DNA from: Lama glama
Taxonomy: Eukaryota
Direction: 5' to 3'
DNA: 64,000 bases
Assembly (NCBI GenBank): GCA_028534125.1
Contig: CM052816.1
Span: forward strand, 25,608,001 to 25,672,000
Part shown: positions 1-13,800 of the stretch, piece after piece
Layout: every line of letters begins with the position of its first letter
Position numbering within the stretch: the first letter of the stretch is position 1
Notes under the pieces: model-generated
The model's database searches: none
Told to the model about the DNA's origin: nothing
What the model saw: the letters and a program-made list of their open reading frames with translations, nothing else
Made by a program: the position numbers and the translations under genes

Positions 1-283
1 TTTTAAAGTGTTTGGAAGCTAAGAATAATAAAGAAACAAGCCATTCTCCCAGGGGAAGAAATGCCTGCCTTTCACTCTAACTTGGAGCTACAGGAGGACA
101 GTTGGGTATAATTTAGGACTCTCTGGAATCTCATTACTCTTATCAGGCCTAGAGTTGTTCACAGATTTTTCTATTAATTTTATGAGCCAGATAAAATCCA
201 GTTATATTGAGGAGACTAACTTCAGAAAGAAATATTTTTCTAACTACTTATTTTGTCTATAATGACCAAGTTATTCATCTTAC

Positions 284-777
284 GTTCATTGAAGTAAATT
301 CCTATTTCTGTGTCATTATAATATGATTTCAGGTCTGTCAGGTCATATCACACAGAAGCTTCCTAATCCCCTCTCTCCCCAACTGTTTCTTTTTTATCAA
401 TGACATTCCCCATGATAAGCATTCCGAAGGAATAGCTGTCGCTTCTCTCGTCAACTGAGTTTCGTCAGTTCTGAACACAGGGTCTTGCTTTGCCATTGCC
501 AAGGTCTCTCTGAGGCCCCGAATCACAGCTGGCACTTCAATCAGAAATTCACACCATGAAGAAGCTGGCCGAAGGGCCCCAACCGACTCTGTAGAAGATA
601 CATCATCTCCTTTCACAGCACGCAGTGGAATACACCTTTCGTTTTCTCACTGAGAATGACTGCATCATTCACAAGTCCTTTTTGACAAAAATTGTAATAA
701 TACCCCAGCCTCCGAAGGGATGGGAACATTCTGGGATTTGAACTGAAGTGACCTTAGCTTGTCAGAATGATTTGACT
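284..777 (-). pseudogene. Candidate decayed coding exon of an unidentified minus-strand multi-exon gene
   Basis: Acceptor TTGTATTTCTTAG|AGTC at 778-779 and donor GAAC|GTAAGA at 282-283. One frame reads SNHSDKLRSLQFKSQNVPIPSEAGVLLQFLSKRTCE*CSHSQ*ENERCIPLRAVKGDDVSS...GIRKLLCDMT* (includes ORF 338..616); a shifted frame gives DLTDLKSYYNDTEIGIYFNE up to the donor. Confidence 0.55.
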
Positions 778-1628
778 CTAAGAAATACAACAGTGAATCC
801 TGTTTTCTGTCATGGTTTTAAAATCTGGCATAGCAATAAACTTAAGGGCATTTTAGTTATGTGTATTATGATCAAATGTGTCAGTAAGGATACATAAGTA
901 GAGGGTTTTTTAAAAGAAATATGTTTATATAATGGAATTGATATTCTTTCCCAATACGTGGTATAGTGTTTCTACATGATTTTTTTTTATCATTTTCAGG
1001 GATAGATTATAATGGAACCTCTTTAAGATAATACTTTTGATATTTAAAAAGTGTTTTATTTATATATGGGAGTGAGGATGAAGGAAAACATTTAGTGACC
1101 ATTTAGGAAGAGAAAATATTGCCAGTCTTGGCAGATGTGGTATTAAGATTTGAATTTCTAGCTGAAGTCAGCACGGAAAGTTAGCAGATAAATCTGAAAA
1201 TGGAAATGGAAGATGGTCACACATAATAAGAACTAAGAATTTGAAGTAAAATTCCCCTTCTTTGTTGTTAAGTTCTGTTTTCAAATTTTATGGTTTCCCC
1301 ATGGTACATGTTTAACAATTAATTTTCTAAGTTGTAACTCATTCAAAGAAAATAAGCCTTCTTCAAATACTAATACAGGCTGAATCTAAATATGCCAAGT
1401 GAGGCAGAAAAGTGGTAGATCAGATGCCCAAAAAGTCACTTTGATCTCAGTTATCCAGACACTGTTTCAAGAATCATTTTGTGTGGCTAAAGAGCATGTA
1501 ATCTCGTCTCCAAGAAAATCCGAGAACATCACCGTCTCCTAGGAAAACCAGCCTTTCACATTATACTATCTTCCATTCTTAATCAAAGCAGAGCCCAGGG
1601 TTACAAACATATTCATCCAGCATCTTAC

Positions 1629-1809
1629 GGGTGAGATCTATATTTATCCAGATTTCATGGATCATTACTTATATTATTGTTATGCGTGGCAGAAATGGAG
1701 CATTTTGTGTACCACATTTTGTGAACATGGGTGTTTTAACAATGAGAAATGACTATTTTTGTAAAGATACTCTAACAGTTACCAAATATGTGTTTCTGTA
1801 TCACCGCAT
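1629..1809 (-). pseudogene. Candidate decayed exon (181 nt) of the same gene
   Basis: Acceptor TTGTTGGTTTCTGTCTAGTTTCAG| at 1810-1811 and donor CCC|GTAAGA at 1627-1628; the phase-1 translation contains stops. Confidence 0.35.
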
Positions 1810-1845
1810 CTGAAACTAGACAGAAACCAACAATTAAAAACATAA

Positions 1846-2035
1846 TCAGAGGTTCTAGGAGAGGGAAAATGGGGGGTTATTGTTTAATGGGCATAGAGTT
1901 GCAGGTTTACAAGATGAAAAAGTTCTGGAGATGTGTTATACAACAATGTGAATATACTCACCACTATTAAACGATACACTTAACATGGTTAAGATGGTAA
2001 ATTTTACATTCTACATTTTTTACCACAATTAAATA
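1846..2035 (+). mobile_element. L1M (L1MA/L1MB-type) 3' UTR end fragment
   Basis: Typical L1M 3' end: ttgtttaatgggcatagagttgcagg...gatgaaaaagttctggagatg...aacaatgtgaatatact...gatggtaaattttac...ttaccacaattaaa. Confidence 0.8.
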
Positions 2036-2469
2036 TTTTCTAAGTTTTAAAATATAATTAGGAAAAATATTCTCCTCTGGATCAAGGAAAATGGGCTTGG
2101 TGAAATTCACTATCTACTTGCTAAAAGCCAGTTTTAAGTTACACAAAGCATTTATAGAGAACATTGGCAAAGCTGCTGTAGGGCTCAAGGAAAACAAGAA
2201 GCAAAGAGAAGATGATCAATGCCTTTGTCTCCTTGAATAATCTTGATTCGTGCAGAATAACTGAAATGACCTCTCACTGTGAAAAGCCTGGCTGGGGAAC
2301 CTGTGAAAAACACTATTCCTGAACAAGGCCTATTGATCCTCGACGTGAACATTGCTTAGACATTGACAACAAAACCACGTCTCTAAATGTCAGTTATACA
2401 ACAGGGAAAAGAAACTCCTTGGATAAAAGTAAACGAGAGGGAACTGAGATTTGTTGATCTTGCCCAGGA

Positions 2470-2650
2470 TGCTTTTTCACTTAATCCCCTGAGGTAGGTA
2501 CTCTTATGCCAGTATTTCCAATGGAAGAAATTGGATTTGAGTGGATTTGAGAGGTCAAGGAATTTGCCCAGATAGTATTGATATCATTAGAAGTGGAATG
2601 CCAGTTCAGGTAATCTGATTCTGTCCAATCCTAATTTCTCTGTTACACCA
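2470..2650 (-). mobile_element. MIR SINE fragment
   Basis: Degenerate MIR core: cccctgaggtaggtactctta...atggaagaaattgg...gagaggtcaaggaatttgccca. Confidence 0.55.
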
Positions 2651-4345
2651 TTTTAGAAGGTCAGGAGTGAAATTGAGGGTTAGAGGCATAACTAGTGTAT
2701 CCTGTCAGCTCTCATACTCTGTGACGATTCTCACACACTATGTCTCTTTATGGTCCCCGGTTCCTAGGAATCTGAGTCTGCTTTCTTGAGTGACCATATA
2801 CCTCCCACTGTCACAGGTTAGCCATTATCTCGTATCCATCCTTTCAGCAATTGACCATCAATACCGTAATGCTTAGACACAGACACATGAGCAAGATCAG
2901 GCCCCTGACCTCAACAAGCTAGTGGGAAATGATGACAGGTAATAAGTGTGCGATATACCTGCCTCAGTGGAGGTATATAGAGAGTTCCATGGAGGGAAAC
3001 AGGTAAACACCAAAATGGAGAAAGGAATCAGTGGAGAAAGAATGGACGGGATGTTGTATCTTCAGCCCAGGGCAATGGGAATGAAATGGTATACTTCATC
3101 CCCCAAGTCCCCTCTGCCTAAGATCCATCTCTGCCTTTTGTGAACAAAATTCCTAAAATTTTAGGGAAGTGAAGCAGTACCTAGCATTTTAACTTTTGCC
3201 TTATCATTAAATGCAACTGGCCAAGTGACAGATCAAGAATGTCATATCCTATGACTAAGGACTAAATATGGTCCTTAATTAGGAACGAGATGTGTATGGG
3301 AAGGTAGGCAGGGAGGATAAGTAAGAGTGGGATTGTGAAATAGGACTGTATTGCTTATGAAAATTAAAATTTCTTAAAGAATCTTAAATGGGCATAAACT
3401 GACAGTGTTACCTCTCCCCATATATATCATAAATGCATAGCATACTAGACAATTAAAACTTTATTCTTTCATCTTCTTCCACGAATTGGAAATTCATCTT
3501 CCAATATTATATTATTTTATTTATAACATCACATATTATAATATTTATCTTATATATTATATAATTTGTCTACCAGTTTAATGAGACCACCCACAAGGAT
3601 TACCTTTAACACACCAAACACATGATTTGTTGGCTATACTTAGGAAAGCTGTTTTAAAACTCCTGGTATTGCCTTGAACTTTCTTTGGATTTCTTGGATC
3701 TGATGTTCACAATCAGTTACAATAGGTACACTGAGGGAGGGCGTGCTGGATGTGGAATATCTCTATAGCAAGCCATGCTAAAGCCAACTCCATCAGGTAT
3801 TTTAGTGGATAATACTACAAAGGAACTCTCAGGAGAACAGCAAGCAGAAAGCTGGAGAGATTCACAAACTGTAATTAGCTCCATTAAATGCCTTTAACTG
3901 AATTTCTAACATGCTGTTTAAAGAATGGGGACATTTATGAGAAAATGTAACACACCTCTTTTTGGTCCCTGTTATTGGGTGTTAAACGTAAACTACATTT
4001 ATAGGTCCCCTGATCATCACATTTATTTTCTCACAACAGTTTCCTCAGCATTGTTCAGCATTGTTTGTTATCCAGGAAATTTCACAGCTCTAGAGGACCC
4101 AGACTTCAAAGTCAAGGAAGTAGATTTGGGGCATGGAAGCCTGGGGGCACCAAGGGAGATGATTCATCAGCGTTAGAAAATTACTTTATTTTCTCTTGGT
4201 CTTTTTTTTTCACCTGTAGGATGCAAATCAGAATTTGATTTTCTGCGCATCATTTTGAAAGCCCACATCTTCACTTTAAAAGATATATAGAGATTAGCTT
4301 ATCACTTGAGAGAAAGTTGAGCCTATCAGACAAAACACTGTTTCA

Positions 4346-5606
4346 CCAGTTGTTGATGGAAGAAGGCTTCCTTGGGTAAAGAAAGCAACGTGACCCCCGG
4401 GTCATGGGATAACACTGGTGTGCTCACACTGGCAGGGGCCTTTTTTTTTTTTGTAAGTGGCACCTGCTGTGAGGATCTCCGTCTAAATACTGAGTGCCTG
4501 CAGCAAATCACAGATGTTTTATGCACTAGAAAAACCGACAGGAAGTAATCACTAAAAAAAAAAAAGAAAAAGAAAAAGAAACAGCGTGGAGTAGGTAGGA
4601 GCAGAGAGAGAAAAAAGACTCCTTTACCTTTGAGGGGATGTTTGGAGGGATGGATTTAAGATGCAAAATGTGAGGAGCTTTGCTGTGTGTCTTAATTTGA
4701 CCCAGACTCCATCTCTGCCTGCTGAGACGGCACAGGCCTTGTAAGGGAGAGAGGGCATCCTTGATAGAAGCTGAGTGGGAAAACATGCTTAAATTCTTTA
4801 TGTTGTTTTTGGTAGGTTGGGGTTCTTAGCTTTTTCAGTTTTCTTGTTATTTTGTGGCCTCTAGGTGTTTCATAGGATGAGTACCCTATAATTTTTTTTA
4901 ATATTAAAATTAATGGTTTCATTTTGGTGCAAGCCTTTCTTATTAGCCAGGGAACACTTCCCTTTATTTACAGTTCCCTGGGGACTGTCCCCACCACCTC
5001 AACTAGGTGCTTTCTCCCGTACTGAACATTGGACATTGAGCATCTAAACAAAAAGAACTCCATGCCTGAGTTTATCTTGTTTTCACACCAGCTTATTTTC
5101 CGTGCATTTCAAGGCCATAGATTTTATTTTGTAAATTTCCAAGTAAGTGATAACAGAAATTGTTTGTCTATTCTCCATTTTCCCAACAATTTCTGGACCT
5201 CGTTTCAAAGAGATGCATGTCGTCCGAGTGTTAACATGCTTTTCTTTCCTCCAGAGAAACCAAAGCACGTTGTTTGTTTTCACAGGAGTATTTGTACTGA
5301 ACACATTTACATTTAAAGTCACAATTGCTGCACTTCTTAAATGACTTCTCGAAGAACTAACTTCTAGTCACATTAAAATCTGCCCCCAATGAATTCTTCG
5401 GAGCCCCCTTTTTAAAATTTTTATTTTAACATTTTGTCAAGTTTCTTTGTAGAAAGGGAAGAACATCTGAAATAATATTGGACATTTTGCCAAGTCTGTC
5501 AAATGAGTAGCACTTCTACTTTCTCAGCTCCGTCTCATTAAAATTGTATTCTAATTCTGTCTTAACTTGGTCTCTGTGCTTCATAAGTCATTGCCTGCTC
5601 ATTACT
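4346..5606 (-). pseudogene. Candidate decayed large exon (~5606-4628), 102-nt intron (4627-4526) and next exon (from 4525) of the same gene
   Basis: Donor AAAG|GTAAAG at 4626-4627, a strongly pyrimidine-rich short intron and acceptor TTTTTCTAG|TG at 4526-4527, both phase 1. The join reads ...HPSKHPLK/VHKTSVICCRHSVFRRRSSQQVPL (ORF 4326..4526). Upstream are protein-like fragments (MKHRDQVKTELEYNFNETELRK*; ORF 4692..4922) broken by stops and frameshifts. Outer boundaries uncertain. Confidence 0.4.
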
Positions 5607-8083
5607 TGTAGTGTGGGAGATGAAATTTATTCAAACCCGATAGCTGAGATAAAGAATTGAAAAGCAAGCAGCTAGGAGCAATGGAAGCAGCCTATTTCAG
5701 GGCTTTTCTGGCTAGATTTTTGCATCACCACCCTTTATGCCATGTGTCACTTTGCATTTGTGACACTATCTGTGTTTGGCTTATAGATTTCTGTTAATAT
5801 GATATTCTTAAAACAGAAATGTAGAGAATCTCCCTTCTTTTTCTTGTCTTAGCATTGAAATGTCCCCAAGTATCTGAGCTGATAAAGGGGAAAACATGAT
5901 TTTCTATAGTTTCATATAATTAGAGAATCATTAAAATTGCCCCAAAAGATTAATTGTTTCACCGTGTGACAATTCATATCAGTGTGTCTTACAGAAAAGA
6001 ACATTAGTGACAAAGAGTAAATGTTATACCCTCAGAATGGTTTGAAGGGAAATGGATTTAGAATGTAATGTGACTTACAAGCAGTTTCACATAGAATCCA
6101 GAAGGGAACTGTGCTTTCTAACTTAACCACTCCATTTTGAGCTTTAAATGTCACAAGAATACACAGTGGAATTCCTAATTTTGAATATAGAGGAGTTTTT
6201 GAAGAGAATTGACTAAAAGCATTGTACTTTTCCATTATAAAATTGAGTTGTTAAGGAATTATATGGTCTAATTACCAAACTTGGTGTTTTTGACTGCTTT
6301 GATTATGAACAGATATTGTCATTAGCTAGCTATTTAAATTGACGGCAATAACAAGCAGTAATTTAGAAATATGTTCTAAATTAGTTTCTATATGAAAGCA
6401 GAGTCTTTGTTGATTTGTGTATGTGATTAATGTCAAGTGTCATGAATTAGCTGAGGGATTTCTGTGTAGAAATATATGCATTTATATAAAAGAAAGAAGA
6501 GATTCATTTATACTCCAATTCTGAATTAAAAGAGGGAGCTTAATATGTGCCTAAATATAAATACCAATGCATTTTTGTCTGATTACTCATAGAGAATATA
6601 GGAAGAACAACACATTTCTTAGACATGTGACACTTAGGTTTAGGTTAGGTTTAACCATCTACACATACAGTGCAATGTATACACCCAATCTCGAAACCAC
6701 AAAGAATATATGTAGATTTAAATTTAAATAGATAGAGCCCGTCAAAGCATTATATAAGATATGTGGAGAAATCTGACAAAGCCACTGTAGTACAAAATTA
6801 CAAAATATTTTATGTGACTAATAAATTGTGCAGATAAGCAGTGGACCGTAGTCACAAACAAGTTAGCCTTTGATGTAGGTATTTTCTGGTAACAGTAGCT
6901 GGATTGGAAAGGTGACCCTCTGGAGAGCATTTAGCATGGAGCATTTTTATTTGGTTTTTATTTCTTTCCAGTGTGATATTTGGTTCATGATCTTGGTCAT
7001 GCTTGGACCTCATAACAGTTTGTAAACCAACCAGCAGAGGAGGAGGTAGAGGTATAATCTAGGACTAAACTAGAAATTAATAGACCACACAAGCCTAAAC
7101 TCTGTATTTCTACCCCTGGTTCTCCTCATGTTCTCCACTCCAGGCCTCTATGAAGCAAGTGAAACTTCTAACAGTAATGTGGAAACCAACTTGCTATTCA
7201 AATATGAACATTGTAACCCCAAGCTTGGGTCTATATAACCCTTGAATTTGTAACTTAAGCCTCAGAAATCTACAGACTAAAGAGCTCTGTCAAGAAGCAT
7301 ACTGAGAAAATGTGCCGTGTGTTCCCGCAAAAGACTTCACTTTGTTTCTTCATTAACAAAACATTTTCCCCTTTTTTTAGGCTATAAGAATCTAGTTGCC
7401 AGTTATGCTTAAAGTCTTTTGTGAACTGGACATTTTCATAGAAATAACAACTGCACCAGCAACACTTCTCCAAAGCGACGAGGAAAGGATGTGTTCCCAC
7501 CCCAGAGTCCCATGTTAGTCAGCTCCTTCTCACCAGAGAGGGACAGAAAAACACCTACAGCGACAAGGAGTAAAAGAGCAAAGGACCATTGAGGGTCTAT
7601 GGTCAGTTAAATGCCCTGCAGCGGCCAGTCGTCTGTGGGGCTATGCTCTTTCGTAAGGACTACTGGTTATATCTGTCCTTCATGGTTGGTGGTGGTGGGT
7701 AAATCTATTTAGCACAAGTGGCTGCTATGGTCATTGTCAAGGATTTTGGTTGATTACTCACATTTTGCCCTTAATATCTTCTCTCTTGACATTCTGAGTT
7801 CTTACAGTTTCCTCAGTTGTTGCATGCCTTCTCACTAATTCCAACCACATTAAAGCACTTGTGATGTCAGGTCACAGAGAGAGAAATCCTTGAAAAAGTG
7901 GAAGGCCTTATTGGACCTTGTCCACATCATTCTTACAAATAGGCACGCCCACACCCTCCTCCCATTAGCTTTAGTGCATATTGTATAGAAGAGTATCTGT
8001 CTGTGTCTCATCACTCAGTAGACCATCAGAAATTATTTGCCCTACAAAATACTTTTTCTTTGCCCATTTTTTAAACTTTCATG

Positions 8084-8546
8084 CAGGTATACCTTGCTTT
8101 ATTGCACCTTGCTTTATTTCATTTTGCAGATACTGTGTTTTTTACAAGTTGAAGTTTTGTAGCAACCCTGTGTTGAGAAAGTCTTATCAGCGCCATTTTT
8201 CCAACAGCATTTGCTCACTTCATGTCTCTCTGTCACATTTGGTAATTTGCATAGTATTTCTAACTTTTTCTATATTATTATATTTGATACAGTGATCTGT
8301 GATCATTGACCTTTGATGTTACTGTTGCCAAATGATTACAACTCACTGAAGTCTCAGGTGGTGATTAGCAATTTTTAGCATTAAAGTATTTACATTTTTT
8401 AAGACAGTTCTACTGCACAGTTAATAGACTACAGTACAGTGTAAACAACTGTTATATGCACTGGGAAACCAAAAAAAATGTGACTTGCTTTATTGTAATA
8501 TTAGCTTTATTGCAGTGGTGTGGCATTGAACGCCCAATATCTGTGT
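8084..8546 (+). mobile_element. Internally deleted Tigger1-derived DNA transposon (TcMar-Tigger)
   Basis: Begins caggtataccttgctttattgcaccttgctttattt...gcagatactgtgttttttacaagttgaag (Tigger1 left end) and joins directly to the right end ...ctgggaaaccaaaaaaaatgtgacttgctttattg...gctttattgcagtggtgtgg. Confidence 0.85.
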
Positions 8547-8764
8547 ATTTTACTTTCTTCAGATGTGATTCCATATTTATTTGACTTGTTCCGGTAGTTG
8601 ATTTATCTCTTGCAATCATACAAACTGCCCCTAAATATAAAGATTTTCTTTGAGAGCTGATTCAGCATCAGACCTATTGGTCTCCACCAATGAAAACTAA
8701 AATGAGTGTTAAAATGAACGAATAAACACACTTCATTAGGCTTCTGCACATATTTAGGATTAAT

Positions 8765-10040
8765 TATTCATTCATTCAACAGATGTTACTTCTTCCCTGC
8801 CTGCCTATGTTCCTGAGTATGTTCTGGGTGCTGAAGATAGTGCAGTTAACAAAACAGACACACCTTTGTCTTATATTCTAATGGGGAAAAAAAGAAAATG
8901 ATTAAGTAGATAAGCAAATTATCAATATAAATGTCAGATGGTATTTCATTCTATGGAGGAAAATAAAGCAAAATATGGCAGAGAGAGTGGGCCTGAGGTA
9001 GGGGAAGTTACTGTTTTAAAAAGAATGTTTAGGAAAGGTTTGACTGATACAGAGTTATTTCAGCAGAGATCTGAAGGAAATGAGAGTCAGAGTTATACAG
9101 ATCTCTAGGAGAAGAGCTCTCTAAGCAGGGAGAAGAGCATGTGCAAAACTCTAAGCAGCAGGGTTAGCGTATGAAGGGCCAGCAAGGAGATCTGTGTGAC
9201 AGAACAGAGTGAGCACGGGGCCAGAAGGAATGGAGCGATTCAGGTAGGCAGACTGAATGATGGAATGACAATGACTGGATGGCCTTACAGGCCATGATAA
9301 AGACTTTATTTCTAAGCATTATGGAAAGCAAGGGGAGGGTGAGACGTAGGGTACCAGAATATGCCACCCCAAGATATGCCTCTTTGGTCTATGGATTATT
9401 TTGAGCTATTGAGAACCAGCGGACACAGGAAAAGCTCTAAAAGCTGGACATAAGTTTTCCTTTTGTAAAGGAAATTTACATTAATAAAGGAAATTTCCAT
9501 TTGTAAGGCAGCTCCCTCTCTCACACCAGGAACAATTCTTATCAGTGGAGAAAGCACACACTTAAATTTGCATAACAAACCTTACTAAACAACCCTTAAT
9601 TACCATACTTTTCCTGATCACCTTCCCATAACTTGCCTCTCCTGCCCAGAAGTCCAAAGCCCCTTTTCCTTTGTTTAGCCTAAAACGGAATATAAGCCCA
9701 AGTTCTAACCAACCCTTTGAGTTACTCAGCACTAAGTGCTCCTGTACATACTTGTATGATGCACCTGTTAATAAACTTGTTTGTTTTTCTCTTATTAAAT
9801 CTGTCTTTGGCCAGTCTGATATATAGGGCCTGAGCAGGAGAACCTACATTGGGTAGAGGAAATTTTTCTTCCCTTACAAGTTTTTGAGCTTAGGAGTGGA
9901 ATGATACAATAAAGATTTCATATTGGCTGCTGTGGGAGATGGGGCCAGGATTTATTGGCGCTCAATTAAGAAAGCTCTGACAGTCTACTGAGAGATTATG
10001 ATAGCTTGCAGTAGAGTAGTAGTTGCACAGGAGGAGTGCT
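8765..10040 (-). mobile_element. L2 LINE 3' region, interrupted by the LTR at 9345-9878
   Basis: Starts with attcattcattcaaca (reverse complement of the L2 tail), then ctgggtgctgaagatagtgcagttaacaaaacagac...cagcagagatctgaagga; resumes after the LTR. Confidence 0.75.
9345..9878 (+). mobile_element. ERV1 solo LTR (MER34/MER39-like)
   Basis: 5' gtagggtaccagaatatgccaccccaagatatgcc, TATA-like tatataagc at ~9690, polyA signal aataaa at ~9770, 3' end tttttcttcccttaca. Confidence 0.8.
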
Positions 10041-10689
10041 CCCTTTTTTGCTGAATATTTTAAAAGTGAGGCCTCCAGAGGATTTCTGCTCAACCCAGCA
10101 AGAATAGGAAATAACTTCACAAAATTCACCCAGTCCATTTTTCACTCTTGAAAAACTTTTCCTTAATTCAAAGACACAAGTTTGTCATAACACAGAAGTG
10201 TTCCCGGAAAACTATTTTTATCATGTCCTGTGAAGCATAAAGAAAGACAACCTGTTGTTTGTGTCTGTCTGTTACTAAGTCTGTACTGGGTGCTTGTTTG
10301 CAAACTAGAGAAACCTACTTTGACTGAGTTAAGCAAAAAGGAAAAAATTTAAAGAATATCATTAACTTGCAGAATCTGTGGAAGGGTTGGAACCAGGTCT
10401 TTTAAGCTGACAAGAAAAAAGAGTTTCCTAGATTTTTTTGGTGGGAGACAAACATGAGAATAAATTAATATATAAAACAGGAAAAATGGGGGGGGGTGGG
10501 GGGAACTAGATGAATACAAAACAAAAAGGAGAAGTATGCTTAGACAGTTATGTATCTAAATGAGAATTATCCTTATGCCAAGAGTGATAACGTTTTTATA
10601 AAGTAACTATGATCAGATTATAGAAAATGTAGGCTCTCTGGCTCTGGTTTAAAGGAGGATTTTCCCTTTATTATTCCAGGGAATCTAGC

Positions 10690-10875
10690 TGGATTATTTC
10701 AGCCATTCATTAGATTTCTCTGGGGAATTGTTGTTAAATGTTTTTATTAAAAACACAAATTTCCAGACCACAGTACAAAATGTCCTGATTCAGTGTATGT
10801 GAGCTGACACCTGGAAATCAATCCTTTACAAGTTTACAAGGATTTTGACAATTAGCCAGTACGGGGACTCACGAG
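10690..10875. mobile_element. MER5-like hAT-Charlie fragment
   Basis: aaacacaaatttccagacc...cctgattcagtgtatgtgagctgacacctggaaatc...ttacaag...gattttgac matches degenerate MER5. Confidence 0.45.
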
Positions 10876-13800
10876 TTAAGCCGCACCCTACACTTGAAAA
10901 TGTGTTTTATTTACCTGCTGGAAGAGAGAATCTGAAAATAAAGGTTTGCATGCTAATTTGGAGCTACTCATTTTATGGAGTCACAGAATGCTAGTGCGCA
11001 AAGACCATTATCTAGTCAAAAAGAAAACAAACAAAAGCTGCCAGAGTACCCAGTACCCACAGAAAGCTCAGTTCCCCTACACCATGCCCACCCCACTGCC
11101 CACCTGGTGCCCAGCATTGCTTGAGAAGTGCATTAAACGTTGTTTTCACAAGTATATATTAGTATGTATTTATATTTATCTGATTTCTGTCTATTTTCAG
11201 AAAGTAATCAAATCGGCATTTAACAATTATATATACAACAAAATGGTTTTTTAAAAAAAAGTATTAGAAGAAGGAGGAAGGAAGGAAGGAAGACCAAGGA
11301 AAAGAAGGTAAATGTGGCAATGATCGTTCATCACCTTTGTAATGATTAAGTTTAGATTGACTTCTGAGCTCCATCTCACTCAGGGCAAAGAGGGGACTAA
11401 ACTGTAAGCTTCACTAAAGGTAAGTGGCCTAATTTCTTTCTCATTATTTATTTTCCTTCTCGTATGAAGCCATGAATTGCTCAGTCACTCGTCAGTGGGT
11501 GTAAGTCATAGCAGTGGAGCCACCACCACACTGAACTTTCATTCCGTCGTGCTGAGGGGCCTACACATTTCAGAAGGAAATTTAGAAGTCACCTAAGACT
11601 GTGCAGGAAATAAAGTGATCTACGGCCCTGAGTATGTGACATCACATTGGGAAGGTGTACCCTCAACTTTGAACAAACTTAGGAACATTAAAATGTTCCT
11701 AAAGGGAATTTAGGTTTGTCCTTGTTCTTAGTTTTCAGATCTAACAGCCACGCCTAAATCCTCCGAGTTTCAGTGTATCTGAACCACCGTTTCCCAGGTT
11801 TCATTTCACTTTTTTCTCACGGGACACTGCTTCGAATTCTTCAGTCCCTTCAGCGTCTTGGGCTTTGTCTTTCTCATTTTTAAAGGTATTTTACTCAAAA
11901 CAATGGTGGGAAATAAAGAGAAAAGAAAAACAATTCAATCCTAGGCTCCTAAAAAGTACTGAGCTGCCGGTGTCCCTCGTTTGTTGTGGTTGTGGCTGCT
12001 GCTGCTGTTATGACTGTCCTTTCTTTTGTGTACCTTGAATGGTTCTTGCTTTTAAAAATGTTTATCCAGTGTTTCACAGACTTCCCATGACTCCCCACGG
12101 ATAAAGCTTCAGTATAATTAAAGTATTTATATGAACACTGCTGAATTCAACTTGCATTCTTTACACACACAAAGGAAAATTCCTGGCATTTCCAAGTCAC
12201 AATTGTGTAATCAGATGGCATAGTGTCAGTTGGTTTAAGAATACTTTTGCACTCAGTTTAAAAAAAAAAAAGTAAAATTGCCACGTTTTCTATTCAATGG
12301 TGTTTTTCAGTGAAATTAATTTTTCTTGGATTATACTTCAATTTGACTGAGTTTTTTAAACTAAGCAGTTAAAAAAGTCATACTGGACCATGTTTGCTTA
12401 TTTAATTAATTTGGGAAAAAGGAGCTTATCTGGACAGAGAGAAACACAACTCATCACCATTCAAATAAGCCTAAACACAGCCTTTTTTTTTTTTTTTTTT
12501 TTTTTGCCTTTAAGTGAAGTCTTGCCCCTTGACACATCCTTATTATGGAAATAAATGTAACATTGAATAAGTTAATGTCATTCTTTTGAAATTATGACAT
12601 GAAGGGGAAGAATTAGAGCATGCTGGGAATTTTGGTAAGAATTGATTTACAAAAGAAGTTGCCACATTTGTTTTTATTGTGGTTAAAGCTCTAGTTTGGG
12701 AAAGACAAAAGGGCAAGGAATTGGGGAGTTTATGGCTGACTGTGGATCTAATGAAGAGAGTCCATTGGTTCCACAGGCCAGGGTAAGATTCCCACAGTCC
12801 TGAACAAACAGTTCTCAGCCTATAATTCCTAAGCCTTTGTTTCCCCACTTTGGAATTCTGACTACAGGCAGGTTACCAAGCCAACTGAGTTCCCTACAAA
12901 GATCCAGCAAAGCTCTTTTTATCACAAAGATCAAGACAACAATTGTGTGCCTACAAGAAAAGAACAACTAAAACCATCCAACAAGCATTAAAAGAACAAT
13001 TCTAGAGATAGTTGCCTTTGAACTCCAATAATGGGCAACATTCAGTCCCGAGATTTGAGATCCCTGAGTTAAAAAAGAATTCATTACCGATTGCCCTGCC
13101 TTGTAATTATAAGAGCTGCTGGCAGCAAGTATTTTCAGCAGCATTAATTTTGTCAAATGTGGTATTTTGCAGTCGTGTTGAATCCCATACAATGGCCATA
13201 TTATAAATCTGCTTTATCAACTTAGTTTTGTTTATTATGGAGTTCACTTATGAAATAGAAGAGATCCAGATTTTTGCCTCGCTTTACCCCAAACCACAGA
13301 AAATGGCATATTGTTTTGCAAAAGCTTGTTCTGAAATACCACTTCCTGAATGTAAAATATGCTGTTTGTACAGATACATTCCATGGATATGTGTAGTGCC
13401 CAATTCAGAAAATAAAAAAGGTTAGTCATCTGGACATTTCCCTGTCTATTAGCTACCTTGAATAATTTCAGTTTCATGTGGGAAAAAATGGAGATTTCCA
13501 TTTTGGGGTAGACACTTCATTTTCTGATGGCGTGGGAGCATTTTAAACTGAATCTGAGAAGGCGTCAGTCATTCAGAATAAATATTCTATTTGAAGAACT
13601 TTGACTACTATTATTTGTGCAGGCCCTATATTTAAACCTTAGAAAGAGCTTCTGGGATTTAGTAATTCCTTATTGTGAAATCCACAACAAGCTGTTTGTT
13701 TTCATGTGAGTGCTGGCTTTTTTGGGGGGGGCATAAAAACATCTGAAGAACCAGCTATACTGGTACTTTGTTCTAGGGAGGACTGAGTGAGTTTTGCATT

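Noticed and set aside
338..777. In-frame TGA codons read as selenocysteine
   Set aside because: No recognisable selenoprotein homology or SECIS element, and neighbouring exon candidates contain TAA/TAG stops and frameshifts, so decay is more parsimonious.
6634..6653. TTAGG-like repeats as interstitial telomere
   Set aside because: Only about three imperfect units and not TTAGGG.
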